Shown here: one piece after another, positions 29,522 to 41,427 of the stretch
Position numbering within the stretch: position 1 is the stretch's first letter
Layout of the letters: each line of letters begins with the position of its first letter
NCBI GenBank assembly: GCA_951406725.2
Contig: OX597822.1
Location: forward strand, 101,494,001-101,558,000
Length of the DNA stretch: 64,000 nucleotides
Direction of reading: 5' to 3'
DNA from: Octopus vulgaris
Taxonomy: Eukaryota
Made by a program: the position numbers and the translations under genes
The notes under the pieces: model-generated
What the model was told of the DNA's origin: nothing
Database searches by the model: none
The model's input: only the letters and a program-made list of their open reading frames with translations

Positions 29522-30292
29522 TATGGACTAAACTAAACAACTGTTTATAAGCTTTCTATGATGGGTCCTGTAACAAATGTAGCATTGAAGTTGTTCGCCT
29601 TCCGACTCTATTGTGCCTAGTCAGGTCTATTCAAGGCGAATAGCTTCTACCTTACTTACGAAAATCCTTGTGAGTGAAATTTGACAGATGGAAACATTTT
29701 GTATGCTTGTTGTTCGGACCGTCACTATTTGGGAATGATAGAGGTAGTCTGTAGTCCGGTTTAACACCAGCACCTGGCCCTTTATTGCAGTTAGCTGGAG
29801 AATAATTTCTTTGAAGCTTTTGAACAGGGTCTGGTCCATGGTACTTTACTCCCTTGAAAAAGTATAACGGGCGCATTATTTTTTACTTTAATGATGCTAT
29901 TTAAAACATCAGAACTGCCCCGAGTTAAACAACACCAACAACAATAACAGAGAATAACATACAACGTTGGTTAATTTGTGTGCATAGTTTTGCACCATTT
30001 TATATCATGTAACTGAAGTTTGCTACGTGTGCCTGTTATGAAAAGGCATGAAAAGTTTATCAACTTTCTAGAATGATTATTATAGTTCCATTATTTTTTA
30101 AATTATTTCTGCGAATGTTTTATATTAACCGCCTTAAAATACACAAATTTACGATAAGTTAAGCTAAGAAATGTTGATAAATGTATCACTTAATAAGATT
30201 CAGGGGATTAGGGAAATAGATTAGCAAAATTGTTAGAAAATCGGGAAATGTTTTGCAGGATTTGTTTCAGTTTATTATATTATAAGTTCAAA

Positions 30293-30526
30293 GAAGGCGG
30301 CGAGCTGGCAGAAACGGTAGCACGCCGGGCGAAATGCGTAGCCGTATTTCGTCTGCCGTTACGTTCTGAGTTCAAATTCCGCCGAGGTTGACTTTGCCTT
30401 TCATCCTTTCGGGGTCGATAAATTAAGTACCAGTTACGCACTGGGGTCGATGTAATCGACTTAATTCGTTTGTCTGTCCTTGTTTGTCCCCTCTGTGTTT
30501 AGCCCCTTGTGGGTAGTAAAGAAATA
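30293..30526 (+). mobile_element. Young full-length SINE A with 17-bp TSD, nested in an older SINE A relative
   Basis: TSD TATATTATAAGTTCAAA at 30276-30292 and 30527-30543; A/B boxes GGCGAGCTGGCAG / GAGTTCAAATTCC; central GCCTTTCATCCTTTCGGGGTCGATAAA (resembles the Meta-type SINE domain, tentative). Confidence 0.9.
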
Positions 30527-31239
30527 TATATTATAAGTTCAAATGCCATCGATGTCAATCTTACATTTCATCCATCTGCGGACGATAAAAATATCAACTC
30601 ACATCGCCCCCTCACAACTGCTGTTCTGGTGCTTAAATTAGAATCCATTTATTAATTAGGTGAAAGTAAGAAACAAAAAATTATCACTCCCGATTATTCC
30701 TAAAATATGAACACAATATGTTTGTATCTTCGGGGACTTGGAAATGTATAATTATAGCAAAATTACTGTATTCGTATTCAACTATTCGTGTTTTTTTACA
30801 CTCTGCTTCCTTATCACAGGCAGCTGAATGTTTTTACAATTGAATAAAATGTTTGTATGTCAGTCCTGAGCACAAAAAGTTTTCAACTATTTCAAAAAGT
30901 TTCAACTATTCATTTCGTTGAACCGATGGACTAATTAATGTTGATATTGTGATGTGAATAAAATTAAACATTTTTCTTTGCAGATTTCTCTGACATATAA
31001 TTATAAAACCTTATTTGATAATACATCCAAGTATGCAATTAGAAGTGAAAAACAAACAGGAAAATTAAACGGTGTCAAAATAACAGTAATTAGGAACCTT
31101 GGAAAACAGTAATCTATAAAAACATAGTAATTATGATAATGATGATTCTAGCGAAACAAAATTTAAAACTCAAAATTGAAGAATAGATTTTCAGTGTAAC
31201 CTTTTAACCCTTGCTTATCATCGATCTTTGCTTGTTATT

Positions 31240-31645
31240 TCTTTATCTTTCTTTCTTTTATCTTTTGACTGCGGCCATGCTGGAGCACCGCCTTTAGTCG
31301 AGCAAATCGACCCCGGGACTTATTCTTTGTAAGCCCAGTACTTATTCTATCGGTCTCTTTTGCCGAACCGCTAAGTGACGGGGACGTAAACACACCAGCA
31401 TCGGTTGTCAAGCAATGCTAGGGGGACAAACACGCAAACACACACACATACACACACACACATATATATATATACATATATACGACAGGCTTCTTTCAGT
31501 TTCCATCTACCAAATCCACTCACAAGGCATTGGTCGGCCCGGGGCTATAGCAGAAGACACTTGCCCAAGATGCCACGCAGTGGGACTGAACCCGGAGCCA
31601 TATGGTTGGTTAGCAAGCTACTTACCACACAGCCACTCCTGCGCC
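31240..31645 (-). mobile_element. SINE family D
   Basis: Near-identical to 29124-29521. Confidence 0.85.
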
Positions 31646-32225
31646 TTATTTGTTGTTTATTTTTTTAATACTCTATAAATGTATCGGAAGAGGAAATAAT
31701 GTCCGCGAGAATCAAAGCATATCAAATCGCAATAAATATGTAAAGTTCTAATGCATCATTTAAAATTAACAGCTGTTCTACCACATCACGGACGGATACA
31801 ATTGTGTTATAGTATATATATCAAAGTCAAGTTAACGGAAATTTGTCATTTCATGTTGATGAAAAGTGTGTGAAGTCATGTTTGCACGTCTTTGTGAAAT
31901 GAAGCTTAAAGATTTTTGGGTTTTTTTTTCATGTCTTCATTAAACATCTTCGCTGAAAATAAAGAATCATGCACGAATTCGTTGAAAATAAAATCTATTT
32001 CAACGTCAAAAGATATTTACTTTCATTTCGCATTAGTCTTTCAATTCAAAATAACTGGAAATCAGAAGGTATATTTCTGAAAGTACATATTTTTAAATGT
32101 AAGAATCGAAAAAACTCTGTGCATTGACTACATAGAACTAAGATTCACGAGTTACTGCTACTAACACGATCGATTCCACTGTGTGTGTGTAATGCGAATT
32201 TTTACTATCTATTTATAATAATAGT

Positions 32226-32443
32226 GGCGGCGCATGGCTAGTGGTTAGGGTGTCAGCATCATGATCGTAAGATTGTGGTTTTGATTCCTGGACCGGGTGA
32301 CGCAAAACATTTCATTTCACTTTGCTCCAGTCCACTCAGCTAGCAAAAATGAGTAACGCTGCTATGGACTGGCGTCCCGTCCAACTGGGGAACACATACG
32401 CCATTGAAACCGGGAAACCGGACCCATGAGCCTGGCTTAGCTC
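32226..32443 (+). mobile_element. SINE family E (tRNA head, V-domain-like segment)
   Basis: TGGCTAGTGGTTAGGG head; TGCTATGGACTGGCGTCCCGTCCA; fuller copy at 43681-43928. Confidence 0.75.
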
Positions 32444-32448
32444 ATTTG

Positions 32449-32709
32449 TGGGGGCGCAATGGCTCAGTGGTTAGGGCAGCGGACTCGCGGTCGGAGGATC
32501 GCGGTTTCGATTCCCAGACCGAGTGTGTGGTGTACTCTTTCGCCACAACTTTCTCTCACTCTCTCTTCCGTTTCTTGAGTAGCGCTGCGATGGACTAGTG
32601 TCCCATCCCGCTGGGGGGGGGGGGGGGGGCACATACGCCACAGAAGCCGGGAAACCGGGCCCATGAGCCTGGCTAGGCTTGAAAGGGCGCATAAATAAAA
32701 TAAATAAAA
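32449..32709 (+). mobile_element. SINE with family C head and family E 3' half
   Basis: TGGCTCAGTGGTTAGGGCAGCGGACTCGCGGTCG..GGTTTCGATTCCC; TGCGATGGACTAG; tail GGGCGCATAAATAAAATAAAT. Confidence 0.8.
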
Positions 32710-32972
32710 TTTATGACAATAACTGATATAAATGTTGGCTGATTTCGTCCATTTCGCTTTGCATCGTAGAGAGAGAGAAGAGGAAAGGATAAAAAAAGAT
32801 ACAGACAGAGTTAACGTAAGAAATAAAAGATGGGCGGAGAGAAAGAATCATAGAGGTAGAGGATAGAGATTTTATTTTGTTTTAGGGTAATATATATTTT
32901 TTCTGTTGGAAATTTAGTGTTCATTTCATCATTTTGCTTAAGCACCAAGCACTTTAAAATATATAGTTGAAA

Positions 32973-33386
32973 TGTGGCTGTGTGGTAAGTAGCTTGCTAA
33001 CCAACCACATGGTTCCGGGTTCAGTCCCACTGCGTGGCATCTTGGGCAAGTGTCTTCTTCTATAGCCCCGGGCCGACCAATGCCTTGTGAGTGGATTTGG
33101 TAGACGGAAACTGAAAGAAGCCTGTCGTATATATGTATATATATATATGTATGTGTGTGTGTTTGTGTGTCTGCGTGTTTGTTCCCCTAGCATTGCTTGA
33201 CAACCGATGCTGGTGTGTTTACGTCCCCGTCACTTGGCGGTTCGGCAAAAAGAGACCGATAGAATAAGTACCTGGCTTACAAAAAGAATAAGTCCCGGGG
33301 TCGAGTTGCTCGACTAAAGGCGGTGCTCCAGCATGGCCGTAGTCAAATGACTGAAACAAGTAAAAGAGTAAAGAGTAGAGAGAGTA
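32973..33386 (+). mobile_element. SINE family D
   Basis: Reverse complement of the 29124 copy; tail GTAAAAGAGTAAAGAG. Confidence 0.85.
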
Positions 33387-33963
33387 AGCCATATTTCTTG
33401 ATATTACTCATGGTAGGAAAAGCGTACTTTAAAAGTTACCCATCAACGAATGGTGACAAATAATGTTTAATTAACAAATGATGTGCCGCTAATTATAAAG
33501 CAACATCAAGACGGCGAGTATGCATCCGAATCTTTAGCATGCCGGACGACATATTGCTTAGCGGCATTTCGTCCATCTTTACGTTCTGCAATCAAATTCC
33601 ACTGAGGTCGGTCTTGCCTTGCATCGCTTCGGAGTCGATAAAATAAGTACCAGTTGGGTACTGAGGTCGATGTAATCGACTTACCCCAACACCCGAATTG
33701 CTAACCTTGTGCCACAATTTGAAACCAATTATAAATGAACTTAGTTTCGATTTATGAATAATGTAAATTTGCTTTACTTATGCGACTAATATACGCAACA
33801 AAAGAGTAAAAATCAATCGGTCTAAGTTTTTTTTTGTGAGTTCCTCCTTAATTCACAAACCATATCCAATTTTATGTAAGTAGCTAATTGTTAATTTCAT
33901 TTTTGTGGAGACAGAAATAACACGGTTAACATAAGATATATCTTTAATGTTTCTAAAATATAT

Positions 33964-34193
33964 ATTTCTGTACTACCTACGAGGGGCTAAACACAGAGAG
34001 GACAAACAAGGACAGACAAAAGGATTAAGTCGATTACATCGACCCCAGTGCGTAACTGGTACTTAATTTATCGACTCCGAAAGGATGAAGAGCAAAGTCG
34101 ACCTCGGTAGAATTTGAACTCAGACCATAACGGCAGACGAAATACAGCTAAGCATTTCGCCCGGCGTGCTAACGTTTCTGCCAGCTCGCTGCC
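33964..34193 (-). mobile_element. SINE A with TSD
   Basis: TSD AATGTTTCTAAAATATAT at ~33946-33963 and 34194-34211. Confidence 0.85.
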
Positions 34194-34872
34194 AATGTTT
34201 CTAAAATATATTTCATCTGCTCTACCACAAATAAATATATCACCAAATAAAAGTTTCATTCCCATTTTTATGATAATACGAAAAGGGTAAACAGATTAGA
34301 ATACAAATCGATCTGATGTACGAAATACTTTTACGTGACCCAGTTAACAGGAACTGAGAATTATATTTCCTTTGTATCGGGCCTACTTGAATTTCAGATA
34401 AATTTTCATTAACTAAAACAATAATTATTTCACTGCATTTTCATTACAAAATCAGCAGATATGCATGGTTCATATATCAGATGACGCCACATACTTTACT
34501 ACCACACCGGGAGATAGATGTCTAACTTACGTAATATTATGTTACTGTAGGAACCATCCTGCCAATGCTGAAATAAAAAGGTAATAAAATCACATACTTA
34601 CCAAGGTAAATTAAACTATCAGCAACGGTTTACTTTTCTCGAATTTCAAGCCTTTGCTATAAGTAAATTTTTAATATTTTAAATACGTTTTAAACAGGCT
34701 ATAAAACAATACTAAAAAGAATACGATGAATTTGTGCAAATTTACTGCTTCAGGTACATATAACAACGGCACACGCATGGATATGTGATACCAACTATAC
34801 GGTACTGAGTTCAATCGACAGGCCAACAAAAGCCTTCTGAATGGATTTTGGTGGAAGGAAAATGAAAGAAGC

Positions 34873-35622
34873 CGTCTGTTTCAGGGAATAAGTGGAGGGC
34901 AGGTAGGACTACGATTTCGGGACGAACCTGGGCATCGACGAGGAATACCTGACCCGCCTGTTCAAGACGACTTTCGGGCCGGGACCTATGGACAACTTCC
35001 GGAGATCTCTGGCTTGGCAGTGTTATCGAGAAGCGCTACCCGTTCGGGATAGGATCTACATGCATGGCTCGAGAAACACGGTGCCGACCCTGCCTGAGAT
35101 GCGGTCAGAGCGACGAAACCGTTCTGCACGCACTCGTAGAGTCCAACCATTTCCGACCTGTGGGCCTATGTCGAACGACTGCTATCGCGTGTGGGACGAG
35201 TCGGTTTATCAACCGAGTCTATCGTGAATATTGTCTAGTGACTGTTTCAAAGAAAGATGGGCGAATGCAGCAAGGATGGCACTTGTGAATGACGGAGCCA
35301 GCTTGAGCATAATCCCATGAACCAAAAAAAGAAAGGAAAAATGCGAGTAACTTACTGTCATGTGTTTTTTTTTGCATAACGTTATTGCCCAATGTTACCG
35401 AGGTTTTTTCCGTAGGCTTTTCTTTCTACGGATAAACCTAATCTGTTTCCCCTTATTACATTATGACATTTTTGTGATACACGATCCCTATTGATCGGGC
35501 ATTTTTTATCCACGATCTCTTTTGATCAAAATGCTACCCCTCTTTTTTACCTTCCAAAAAGAAAAGCTCTACTTTTTATTTTGTCCCCACTGTGTTCAGC
35601 CCTGTGTAGCCAATAAAGAGAC
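34873..35622 (+). mobile_element. Tx1/L1-clade LINE 3' fragment (zf-RVT plus 3' UTR)
   Basis: SLAWQCYREALPVRDRI...CLRCGQSDETVLHALVE across one frameshift; T-rich UTR ending GCCAATAAAGA, then (TATC)n. Confidence 0.75.
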
Positions 35623-35624
<2 letters not shown>

Positions 35625-35694
<70 letters not shown>

Positions 35695-35699
35695 CCTAC

Positions 35700-35774
<75 letters not shown>

Positions 35775-35830
35775 ATCTATCTCCCTCTCTCTCTCCCATC
35801 TGTCTCACTGTTTCTGTCTCTATTTGTCTC

Positions 35831-35870
<40 letters not shown>

Positions 35871-35995
35871 TGTGTGTGCGTATGTATGTATGTATGTATG
35901 TATGTGTGTATGTATGTATGTATGTATGTATGTATGTATGTATGTATTATGTATGTATGTATGTAAGTATGTATGTATGTATGTATGTATGTATA
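35625..35995. repeat. (TATC)n, (TA)n and (TATG)n microsatellite block
   Basis: Direct reading. Confidence 0.95.
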
Positions 35996-35996
35996 T

Positions 35997-36241
35997 AAAA
36001 GACCCCCTTCGCTCATGAATGACCATGGAAATACAGCTAGAAAGTTACATACCGAGGCACAAGTCCGGGTAAGGCTGTTTTATGGAAGACCAGTAGTCGC
36101 CCATGCATACCAGCCTCCCCTCTCCACGCCACCGATGTTATCCAAGGGAAAGACAAAGACCGATGCAGCTTGGCACCTGTGACGCCGAAACTTATTTCTA
36201 CAGCTGAGTGAACTAGAGCAACTTGAAATAAAGTGTCTTGC
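35997..36241 (-). mobile_element. SINE family B, 5'-truncated
   Basis: Homologous to 24147-24392. Confidence 0.8.
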
Positions 36242-36242
36242 C

Positions 36243-36290
<48 letters not shown>

Positions 36291-36373
36291 TACGGGTGTG
36301 TGTGATTGTGTATAGAAGAATATATTAATAAAAGGAATTCCAACCTTGTCTGATTTTCACGTTTTATTTACAA

Positions 36374-36754
36374 CTAGCAGTATCGCCCGGCGTTGCTCAG
36401 GTTTGTAAGGGAAATAACTATAAAGCATTTTTAGAGAGTTATAGCCAAAAAATAACAAAAAAATGGAAAAAAATGATGGTAAATTTTTTTTTTAGTTAAA
36501 AAAGGTGGAGTTGCGTCCCCTAGACAGTTTGCGGTTTGTGTTTCTGATTCTCGACCCCATGTCGAATTTATCGATTTTTTTCAGAACTGGGGGAACTTTT
36601 CAAAATTTTCGCTGCGTTAGTTTTGAATTATGACATTGGGCTATGTGTGTGTCAAGTTTCATCAGAATCGGTTGAAAGCCGTGGTCAGGGTGAGGGTACA
36701 AGCAAACAGACACACAGAAACACGCACAGACAAACTGCCTTTTATATAGAGAGA
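36374..36754 (-). mobile_element. Non-autonomous Helitron (3' end shared with the 25386 and 58444 copies, different 5' part)
   Basis: Minus strand begins TCTCTCTATATAAAAG and ends GCAACGCCGGGCGATACTGCTAG; the empty A|T site is visible in the other palindrome arm. Confidence 0.92.
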
Positions 36755-36828
36755 TCTTATAATGATATAAGATAATATAATATAATAAAATAAAATAAAA
36801 TAAAATAATGTTAAATGTTCATTCTGAT

Positions 36829-36873
36829 TGAACTAGTACTTTCGTGCATTAAATTCTGCAATCTTCAGGTTCA
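36829..36873 (-). ncRNA. Minimal type I hammerhead motif (left arm)
   Basis: TGAAC-CTGAAGA-T-TGCA-GAATTTAA-TGCA-C-GAAA-GTAC-TA-GTTCA. Confidence 0.7.
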
Positions 36874-36950
36874 TGTAGTAGTGGTGACAGTCATGCTTTA
36901 CAATTTTTTACTGTCAAAAATTGTGAAGCATGACTGTCACCACTACTACA

Positions 36951-36995
36951 TGAACCTGAAGATTGCAGAATTTAATGCATGAAAGTACTAGTTCA
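36951..36995 (+). ncRNA. Minimal type I hammerhead motif (right arm)
   Basis: TGAAC-CTGAAGA-T-TGCA-GAATTTAA-TGCA-T-GAAA-GTAC-TA-GTTCA; palindromic AGTACT in place of stem III. Confidence 0.7.
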
Positions 36996-37143
36996 ATCAG
37001 AATGAACATTTAACATTCTATTATTTTATTCTATTTTATTACGTTATATTATATTGTCTTATATCATTATAAGATTGTAAATAAAACGTGAAAATCAGAC
37101 AAGGTTGGAATTCCTTTTATTAATATATATATATATATATATA

Positions 37144-37183
<40 letters not shown>

Positions 37184-37188
<5 letters not shown>

Positions 37189-38353
37189 CGAACGTTTCTG
37201 CTCGGTGGCTGTCAAGACTTCTGACATCTAATCAAAAGCGGACCAAGCTGATCACGTTACGGGAAGATCTGACACTGTCTGAGACAGAACCAGCTGCTTT
37301 CTTGAACGTTTCCTACCCAGGATGAGTGTCAGCTTTATCACTTTATGCTAGAAGCATATAATCCATGTAACTGAAACATTCTTCATCATTTGCTCTTAAG
37401 AAAGCCAAGGTCGTTTCCTCTATAGAGAAGCTGATAGCTTCAGTTGTTTCGGATGCAAAAGGCATTGTATTTACTGAATATCTTCAAAAAGGTATCTCCA
37501 TCAATAGAGAGTACTATGCTAACTTGTTGAGGCGGGTACGAATGTCTATCAACACCAAACGCTCAAGAAAACTGTCGAAAAGGGGTCTTGTTTCTTCAGG
37601 ACAATGTTTCAGCACACAAGTCCTTGGTTTCAATGGCTGGTGTGCATAACTATAGCATTGAATTGGTTCATTGGTTCATCACCCTACTTGAATTGGTACC
37701 ATCGGACTATTATCAGTTTCCTAACAGGAAAAATATCACGAGGCTGGAAACCAGTATCGCAGTGAAGATGGGGAAGCACTCCGTCGGTTACGATGATGAG
37801 GGTTCCGGTTGATCCGATCAACGGAACAGCCTGCTCGGGAAATTAACGTGTAAGTGGCTGAGCACTCCACAGACACGTGTACCCTTAACGCAGTTCTCGG
37901 GGATATTCAGCGTGACACAGAGAGTGACAAGGCCGGCCCCTTGAAATACAGGTACAACAAAAACAGGAAGTAAGAGTGAGAGAAAGTTGTGGTGAAAGAG
38001 TACAGCAGGGATCACCACCATCCCCTGCCGAAGCCTCGTGGAGCTTTAGGTGTTTTCGCTCAATAAACACTCACAACGCCCGGTCTGGGAATCGTAACCG
38101 CGATCCTACGACCGCGAGTCTGCTGCCCTAACCACTGGGCCATTGCGCCTCCACACATTGAAGATAACATCAATCTGTTGATGACTCTTTTAACGAAGAT
38201 GAAACTTCTTTACGAGTGGGGTCGAAGCACTACAACCCCAATGAAAGGGGTGTGTGTACTGCAGGGAGGACCATGTTGAAAAACAAACCTCATTTGTTCA
38301 TATCCAATGAGAGTATCTTGGTTAACTTGTGAACTTTTCAGCCGACCCCCGTA
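37184..38353 (+). mobile_element. Decayed mariner (Himar1/irritans-like), interrupted by a SINE
   Basis: VSARWLSRLLT, DAKGIVFTEYLQKG..INREYYANLL, FLQDNVSAH, LVPSDYYQFP; right TIR-like TGAACTTTTCAGCCGACCCCCG-TA. Confidence 0.8.
37768..38155 (-). mobile_element. SINE family C head with a second type of 3' region
   Basis: Minus-strand head GGAGGCGCAATGGCCCAGTGGTTAGGGCAGCAGACTCGCGGTCG; 3' part unrelated to those of the 32449 and 52503 copies. Confidence 0.8.
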
Positions 38354-38494
38354 TACATGTGAGTGTATGTGTGCGTATGTATGTGTATGTGTGCGCATGT
38401 ATGTGTATGTGAGTTCGTGTGTTCGTATGTTTGTGTCTGTCTACCACTACTTGACAATTGGTTTTGTTGTCTTTACGTCCCTATAATTTAGCCG

Positions 38495-38820
38495 TTATTT
38501 CGTCTCCCGTTACGTTCTGAGTCCAAATTCCGCCGAGGTCCACTTTGCCTTTCATCCTTTCGGGGTCGATTAAATAAGTACCAGTATAATCGACTTAATC
38601 CGTTTGTCTGTTCTTGTTTGTCCTCTCTGTGTTTAGCCCCTTGTGGACAATAAAGAAATAAGAATCGTTAGAACGCCCAACTAAGGATTTCGTTCGTCTT
38701 TATGTTCTGAGTTTATCCTTTCAGAGTTGATAATATAAGTACCAGTTGAACACCGGGTTCGATGTAATCGACTTACTCGCTTCCCCAAGACTGTTGGGGG
38801 CGCCAAAATTTAAAACCAAT
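38495..38820 (+). mobile_element. SINE A unit joined to an older SINE A relative
   Basis: Junction ...AAAGAAATAA|GAATCGTTAG at ~38661; second unit ends GCCAAAATTTAAAACC. Confidence 0.75.
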
Positions 38821-38983
38821 ATTTTTTATTACTATAACAACATGAAAGCGGTCTAATATATTTCATTAGTAAAAAACATTCGACAGTTCTTCATCACCAT
38901 AGTAGCAAAAAGCGAGACAGCAAGCAATGAAGCCGCAATACTTAAAATAATTATTTCCCATTAACCATATAATATTTCCTATA

Positions 38984-38984
<1 letters not shown>

Positions 38985-39035
<51 letters not shown>

Positions 39036-39045
39036 ATATAAGAAT

Positions 39046-39083
<38 letters not shown>

Positions 39084-39098
39084 GTACATATACAGAAC

Positions 39099-39144
<46 letters not shown>

Positions 39145-39147
39145 CAG

Positions 39148-39191
<44 letters not shown>

Positions 39192-39220
39192 AAAAAAAAA
39201 AATACGTACATATACAGAAC

Positions 39221-39259
<39 letters not shown>

Positions 39260-39540
39260 TATACAGAATACTTTTGCAAACTTGCATTTCATCGGAGGTG
39301 AATTTTATTCCGCCGAAAGGTCAACATAAATATTTCATGACTCGACAGTTCAAAGCATTGCATTTCAGCGCCAACAATCCGAAGCGCGCACACATACACA
39401 CATACCCCCATACACACACGCACGCACACATACGTACATACACACATACATACATACGTATCTGCGGATGTACGTAAACATACATATATAATTACCTATA
39501 TACGAACATGAATATCATAATAGAAAACATGCGCGCGCGC

Positions 39541-39586
<46 letters not shown>

Positions 39587-39615
39587 ATACATATATATAT
39601 ATATATGTATGTATG

Positions 39616-39698
<83 letters not shown>

Positions 39699-39803
39699 AT
39701 ATATATGTATATATATATATGTATATATATATACATATATATGTATATATATATATATATATACATATATGTATGTATATATATACATATATATATGTAT
39801 ATA

Positions 39804-39860
<57 letters not shown>

Positions 39861-39870
39861 TATATGTATG

Positions 39871-39956
<86 letters not shown>
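38985..39956. repeat. (TA)n-dominated microsatellite block
   Basis: Direct reading; source of the YIYI ORFs. Confidence 0.95.
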
Positions 39957-39959
<3 letters not shown>

Positions 39960-40844
39960 TTAAGTATCATTAAACGTAAGATGGCATTAATTTTATCTAT
40001 TTTCTTTGACGTTCATTCAAAATTGCTGAACTTCATTTTCATTGCCAACGATTTTCGGAGTTTAACAGTCGTAGAAGAAGATTATGAAAAGGTAAATCTA
40101 AATAAATTAACACCCAGGAGGAGAGCTTATCAGCGAAAAGTCGAGAGCATATTTTATTAAATAGATTTTGATATCCTTTCGATGGATAATTCGAAAATGA
40201 AAAATAGTCTTGGCGTTGAGCTGAAGGCAATTGCTAAGATCGCTTCGACATTAATTGAAGTTTATGCGAAATTCTTATGATGCATAGTCATGCGCCGCAG
40301 TCACCAGTCACTGCAATGAAGTTGATATTTTCCAATATTCGTGAGATATCTGGTGCAGCTATTGATGCCTTGAGGAGAGTGATCCAGGAGAGAAAATTCT
40401 GTTTGCCAGATGACACAATTCTATTTCTTAGCAACGAACTGTTTAGCGACGTAACAAAGTTAATGGTGAGCCAATTCGAGCATTTCATAATTTAAGTGGT
40501 ATTATCTGAACGTTTATGTCTAACATAAAGTATTGGACTATTTTTAGTTTCAGATTCTTTCCTTACGGTTGCTATCAAATGTTCGTCAGAAATACAAACA
40601 ATGGCTGGAAAATGATATATTAAAAATTGTGCTACACTTCTGTTATCTCTAAGCTATGTATGATCTATGAAATAGATGCATTTCCAACCGTGTACACACA
40701 TACACACACACGGACAAATATACATACATATATATAAATATATTGATAGAAGTGGTAAGACAACAAAAGAAATGAAGAGACCTCGATATAATGTAAATAG
40801 AGGAATCTATCTGCAAATATATGTGGCAATTATTCGGTAGCCAT

Positions 40845-40905
40845 GATAAAACTCCGAGTTTCGGATGTCGGGGTGGAAACCCACGCCGGCATCTCTTCAG
40901 TTATC
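40845..40905 (-). ncRNA. Type I hammerhead motif in a PLE-terminus-like repeat
   Basis: GATAA-CTGAAGA-GATGCCGGCGTGG-GTTT-CCACCCCGACATC-C-GAAACTCGGAGTT-TTATC; second copy on + at 50983-51043 has a mutated core (CTAAAGA). Confidence 0.65.
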
Positions 40906-41377
40906 TGGCCATAAAAGAATGCTAAGAAAATGACCGTTAAACAAAGGGAAATTACTGTATGATTGACCGTTATTAAAACAAAAGAGCTATTTGAATGACC
41001 ACTAAGTAAGGGGAGTAAAGGTAAGGGAGTAAAAATGTTCGTAGCAATCGCGTAAGCGCGCATATCCATACATAGACACGCGCGCCCGCACATCCACGTA
41101 CATGTGTCTATATGTATATACTCATGCACCCTCACCGACGAAGGTGAGTAAATTTGAAGTCACTGTCATTTCTTTGTAAAAGATTAAAAATTTGTGTGTG
41201 TGTGTATGTGTGCATGTGTGTATATATGTGTATCTGTTATGAGTGCGGTACGTGTGTGAGTATGTATGCGTGCGCATGTGTACGTATCTCTGTGTGTATA
41301 AATATGCATATATATGCGTAGAAAGAGAGAGGGAGAGGGAAAACAAGAGTGAATGAGAAAGAGAGAGACAGACAACT

Positions 41378-41427
<50 letters not shown>

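Larger units (their letters stand above)
36320..37127. repeat. Fold-back palindrome (~210-bp arms, centre ~36912) of a PLE-terminus-like sequence; left arm interrupted by a Helitron
   Basis: 36320-36373 plus 36755-36908 is the reverse complement of 36916-37127 with few mismatches. Confidence 0.9.

Noticed and set aside
29660-29852. Possible minus-strand host exon (AAG acceptor, GTAAGT donor, open frames)
   Set aside because: Weak acceptor, no recognisable protein, and the 3' part resembles SINE D; needs RNA-seq.
32449-32525. tRNA-like sequences here and at other SINE heads as tRNA genes
   Set aside because: No complete acceptor stem or terminator; each continues into a SINE body.
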